DNA of 63,409 nucleotides, filler included, from Octopus bimaculoides (taxonomy: Eukaryota): assembly GCF_001194135.2 (NCBI RefSeq). It is 9 parts of 9 records of this genome, joined end to end, with 100 filler letters (N's around TTAATTAATTAA, not from the genome) between each part and the next. Parts side by side here need not be neighbours in the genome. Positions count along the whole stretch, not along the records: positions 58,668 to 63,409 come from NC_069007.1; 8 more parts are not named here. The stretch is one strand, 5' to 3'. Below, in pieces: positions 59,790 through 63,409 of this stretch. Position 1 is the first letter of the stretch. Each line of letters opens with the position of its first letter. The notes beneath the pieces are model-generated. The model saw only the letters and a program-made list of their open reading frames with translations. It ran no database searches and was not told the origin of the DNA. Both the position numbers and the translations under genes were made by a program.

Positions 59790-60275
59790 AGTCGACACTA
59801 CATGTATCATGTCCACTTATATACAACCAAATCTAGTAAATGCTCATGCAGAAAAAAAACAAAATGCCCAATGATGAACCTCTGTATGAATACAAATCTT
59901 GTATATAAATGCACCATACACACAAAGGGAGGCCCATATGTTTACATTGGGACAACGGACGATTCATTTAAGAATCGTTATCGCAACCATGTCACCAGCT
60001 TCAAGAGCATCAATAAGAGGCATTCGACAGCTTTGGCTGATTTTGTGTAGCGATTTAAGGAGGAAATATGATATAACTTGGTCCAAAGTAAGGCACATAC
60101 AACCATATAATATCCTTACCGGGAGATGCAGAATCTGCTCCGAGGAATCGCTGTTGAAAAATTGCAACTCCTGAAGCAGCCAAGGATATCTCTTGAATGG
60201 AGGCACAGAATTATTGTTTAATTGCCCCCATAAGCGGAATATCCACTTGGAAAAAAAATTCCATAATACCCCAAT
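59790..60275 (+). mobile_element. Penelope-like element GIY-YIG endonuclease remnant
   Basis: CSCRKKTKCP..CMNTNLVYKCTI..YVYIGTTDDSFKNRYRNHVTSF..HSTALADFV*, then YDITWSKV..PY..GRCRICSEE and CPHK after a frameshift. Confidence 0.9.
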
Positions 60276-61846
60276 CTCCGAACATCACAACTCACAATAA
60301 CTGCTTTAAAATTCGGGTTTAGTTATTCACACAAGCCTTGTGGAGTTTCTGCCAATCAAACTAACAAACGCCAGATGTGATTCCACATAAAACATGCAAT
60401 TGTTCAAGAGCAAAGACACGCGTCTGATAACGCGAGCAACCTTTATCCATGAGAAACCTACATTACAATAAAATTCTGTCAAGTCATACATATTCAATAT
60501 AATCTTCAAGGAACTCTCACACACACACATCGTGTGCAACCTGTATGGAACTAAAAATAAACATGTAGAACTCTATTTTATGTACTCTACTTCATGTACT
60601 CAGTGCACTACAGATTATTCACACAATCGTATACATACATATGCATATATAGATATAAACGTGCTTATACACATACGCATATATTGTATATACATACATA
60701 CATATATATATATACACATATGCATACATACATATATATGCATATATATATNNNNNNNNNNNNNNNNNNNNNNNNNNNNNNNNNNNNNNNNNNNNNNNNN
60801 NNNNNNNNNNNNNNNNNNNNNNNNNNNNNNNNNNNNNNNNNNNNNNNNNNNNNNNNNNNNNNNNNNNNNNNNNNNNNNNNNNNNNNNNNNNNNNNNNNNN
60901 NNNNNNNNNNNNNNNNNNNNNNNNNNNNNNNNNNNNNNNNNNNNNNNNNNNNNNNNNNNNNNNNNNNNNNNNNNNNNNNNNNNNNNNNNNNNNNNNNNNN
61001 NNNNNNNNNNNNNNNNNNNNNNNNNNNNNNNNNNNNNNNNNNNNNNNNNNNNNNNNNNNNNNNNNNNNNNNNNNNNNNNNNNNNNNNNNNNNNNNNNNNN
61101 NNNNNNNNNNNNNNNNNNNNNNNNNNNNNNNNNNNNNNNNNNNNNNNNNNNNNNNNNNNNNNNNNNNNNNNNNNNNNNNNNNNNNNNNNNNNNNNNNNNN
61201 NNNNNNNNNNNNNNNNNNNNNNNNNNNNNNNNNNNNNNNNNNNNNNNNNNNNNNNNNNNNNNNNNNNNNNNNNNNNNNNNNNNNNNNNNNNNNNNNNNNN
61301 NNNNNNNNNNNNNNNNNNNNNNNNNNNNNNNNNNNNNNNTTCATATTGGTGGTGTTGGTGGTAGTGGCTGTGCTGGTGGTGGTGTTGGTGGTGGTGGTTG
61401 TGGTGGTGTTGATGGTGGTGGTGGTGGTGATAGTAATGGTGAAGGTAGTTGCAGCGGTGGTAGTAGTGGAGCTGGTGGTGGTGCTGGTTATAGTGGTGGT
61501 GGGAGTAGTGGCAGTATTGGTGGCAGTGGTGATGGTGAAAGGTGGTGGTGTTAGTAGGGGTGACAATAGTAATTGTAGTAGCGGTGATAGTGGTGACATT
61601 GGTAGTGGTGGTTTATAGATGTAATTGTTGTTTCAAGGCTAATAGTGTTTTGTTTTTGTGGGGTGGCGTAGTCGATACCCTCCCCCCACCACCTCCTGTA
61701 CTTGACCGATACTTTATTTTATCGACCCTGAAAAGATGAAAGGAAAGTTTGACCTTAAAACAATGAAAGAATTCAGCCAGTAAAAACAGTTGGTATGAAT
61801 CCAAATTTCTCGGAGCGGTTCTATAACAAGTCTGTCCGTGCAAACT

Positions 61847-61887
<41 letters not shown>

Positions 61888-62404
61888 GAATAATAATAGT
61901 GCCAGGATATCAACATATCATCATGAAAGAAAGAGAAGAGGCTGATAAATATGGAGACCTGAGAATCGAGATCGCTAAAATATGGCAGCTACGAGAGTCA
62001 AATACTGAATATTTAAAGTTATTTAATTTTTGAACGGTTTTTCTGCGGTTTGTTTAATGTAGTTTGATTTCTTTATCCATCAGTTTTTACTAAGATNNNN
62101 NNNNNNGATCGCTAAAATATGGCAGCTACGAGAGTCAAATACTGAATATTTAAAGTTATTTAATTTTTGAACGGTTTTTCTGCGGTTTGTTTAATGTAGT
62201 TTGATTTCTTTATCCATCAGTTTTTATTAAGATAGAGACGCGAGTAAAATTAATAATAGAGGAACGAAAATAAAACTTTGGAAACCGCAACGCCTCCATA
62301 GCTTACGTGGAAACCATGTGCGTGCTTTCAAAGGAGATAATCAGAGAAAGACTTGAAAGTCACCGTAAGATCGTAATACTTCAAGTAGATTAAAGTAAAT
62401 ATAA

Positions 62405-62548
62405 CAAATAATCCAGAATCATTGTCCAGTACCGTATCGATCCCAAAATCTAATCAGGGCGTGCCAGTCACGAGGCCAAACATCCCTGAAAGTTTCATCT
62501 GAAACCATCTAGCGGTTCTTGAGATATCTTGTCCACGGACAAATAAAA
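62405..62548 (+). mobile_element. Second partial copy of the 17983-18322 element
   Basis: atccagaatc..tcgatcccaaaatctaatcag..ccagtcacgaggccaaacatccctg..atcttgtccacggacaaa. Confidence 0.85.
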
Positions 62549-62705
62549 ATAATAAAAATAAAAATAAAAATAATAATAATAGTAATAATAATAGCAGCCC
62601 CAAACCGAAATAGACAAACTAATAGATAAAATACATACGGAAAATAAAACGAAACACTTCATAACTCAAAACAATGTGTCACAATCAGGCAAAAACAGCA
62701 CACCA

Positions 62706-62828
62706 TAGGCGGCGAGCTGGCAGAAACGTTAGCACGCCGGGCGAAATGCTTAGCGGTATTTCGTCTGCCGTTACGTTCTGAGTTCAAATTCCGCCGAGGT
62801 TGACTTTGCCTTTCATCCTTTCGGGGGC
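62706..62828 (+). mobile_element. SINE family A 5' part, near consensus
   Basis: ggcggcgagctggcagaaacgttagcacgccgggcgaaatgcttagcggtatttcgtctgccgttacgttctgagttcaaattccgccgagg. Confidence 0.95.
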
Positions 62829-63409
62829 GTAAAAGAGCAGATGTTGTCAGTTGGTTAGAGAAAAAGTGGCGCATTGCACAACATTCAGAAGATACAAGAC
62901 TGATGTAAAGGATTCACCACCTCTCTTCGATCTTTCAAACGCGCTTCTTTCAGCCTATTTTTGCATGAGACTGGGTACTTGTTCTTAATTCCTATTTTCA
63001 AATATATCTAAAACGAACCAAACCTAACCATCTGAACAACACCATTATTTGGGCACCACGTAGCCCTATTACTTCTGGTCAATGTAGGCATGTCTTCCAT
63101 GTACCCACTGGACAAACTCACTAACCGTGACAAGTCATGGTTAGCGGGTACTCCTATTAATAAGGTATATATATATATATATATGTTCTTTTTTTTCAAT
63201 GCGGTGGTCGCCGCCTCCATTTTCCGGTTTGAACAATAAGCACCTTCATGGAGTGTCGTTAGCATATTTATTCAAATATTTACTTTTTATAAATACTTAC
63301 CAATGTGCAGAATAAACAACGCATTAACGGATTACCTTCAAAAGAACACACCCATACATATCTCACCCTGTATGTATGTATGTATGTATGTATGTATGTA
63401 TGTATGTAT

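Noticed and set aside
61972-62232. ~125-bp tandem duplication
   Set aside because: Straddles a 10-N gap and is near-identical: assembly overlap artefact.

Overview
Eukaryotic, gap-rich, repeat-dominated genomic DNA. From memory of the repeat families (not a database search) it is most likely an octopus: there are three to four tRNA-headed SINE families, RTE and CR1 LINEs, Penelope-like remnants, Tc1/mariner, hAT and Chapaev-type DNA transposon fossils, and dense (TA)n/(CA)n/(TATG)n/(AAT)n microsatellites. Eight artificial N44-TTAATTAATTAA-N44 spacers show the window is nine separately assembled pieces, so adjacency across them is not evidence. No host protein-coding gene could be identified with confidence, only a few low-confidence candidate exons, and there is no rRNA, true tRNA or CRISPR. 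Best leads: (1) a ~365-bp unit carrying a type I hammerhead ribozyme motif, present as divergent, circularly permuted copies at 36.2-36.8 kb (retrozyme/Penelope-like), plus minimal hammerhead motifs in other Penelope-type tails; (2) a 2.8-kb tandem array built from a Gypsy integrase tail plus a ~208-bp TG..CA LTR-like unit (TRIM-like) at 13.35-16.14 kb; (3) a CpG-decay domain over the first ~6-7 kb, read from SINE copies, suggesting a hidden methylated gene body; (4) several fold-back/hairpin elements.
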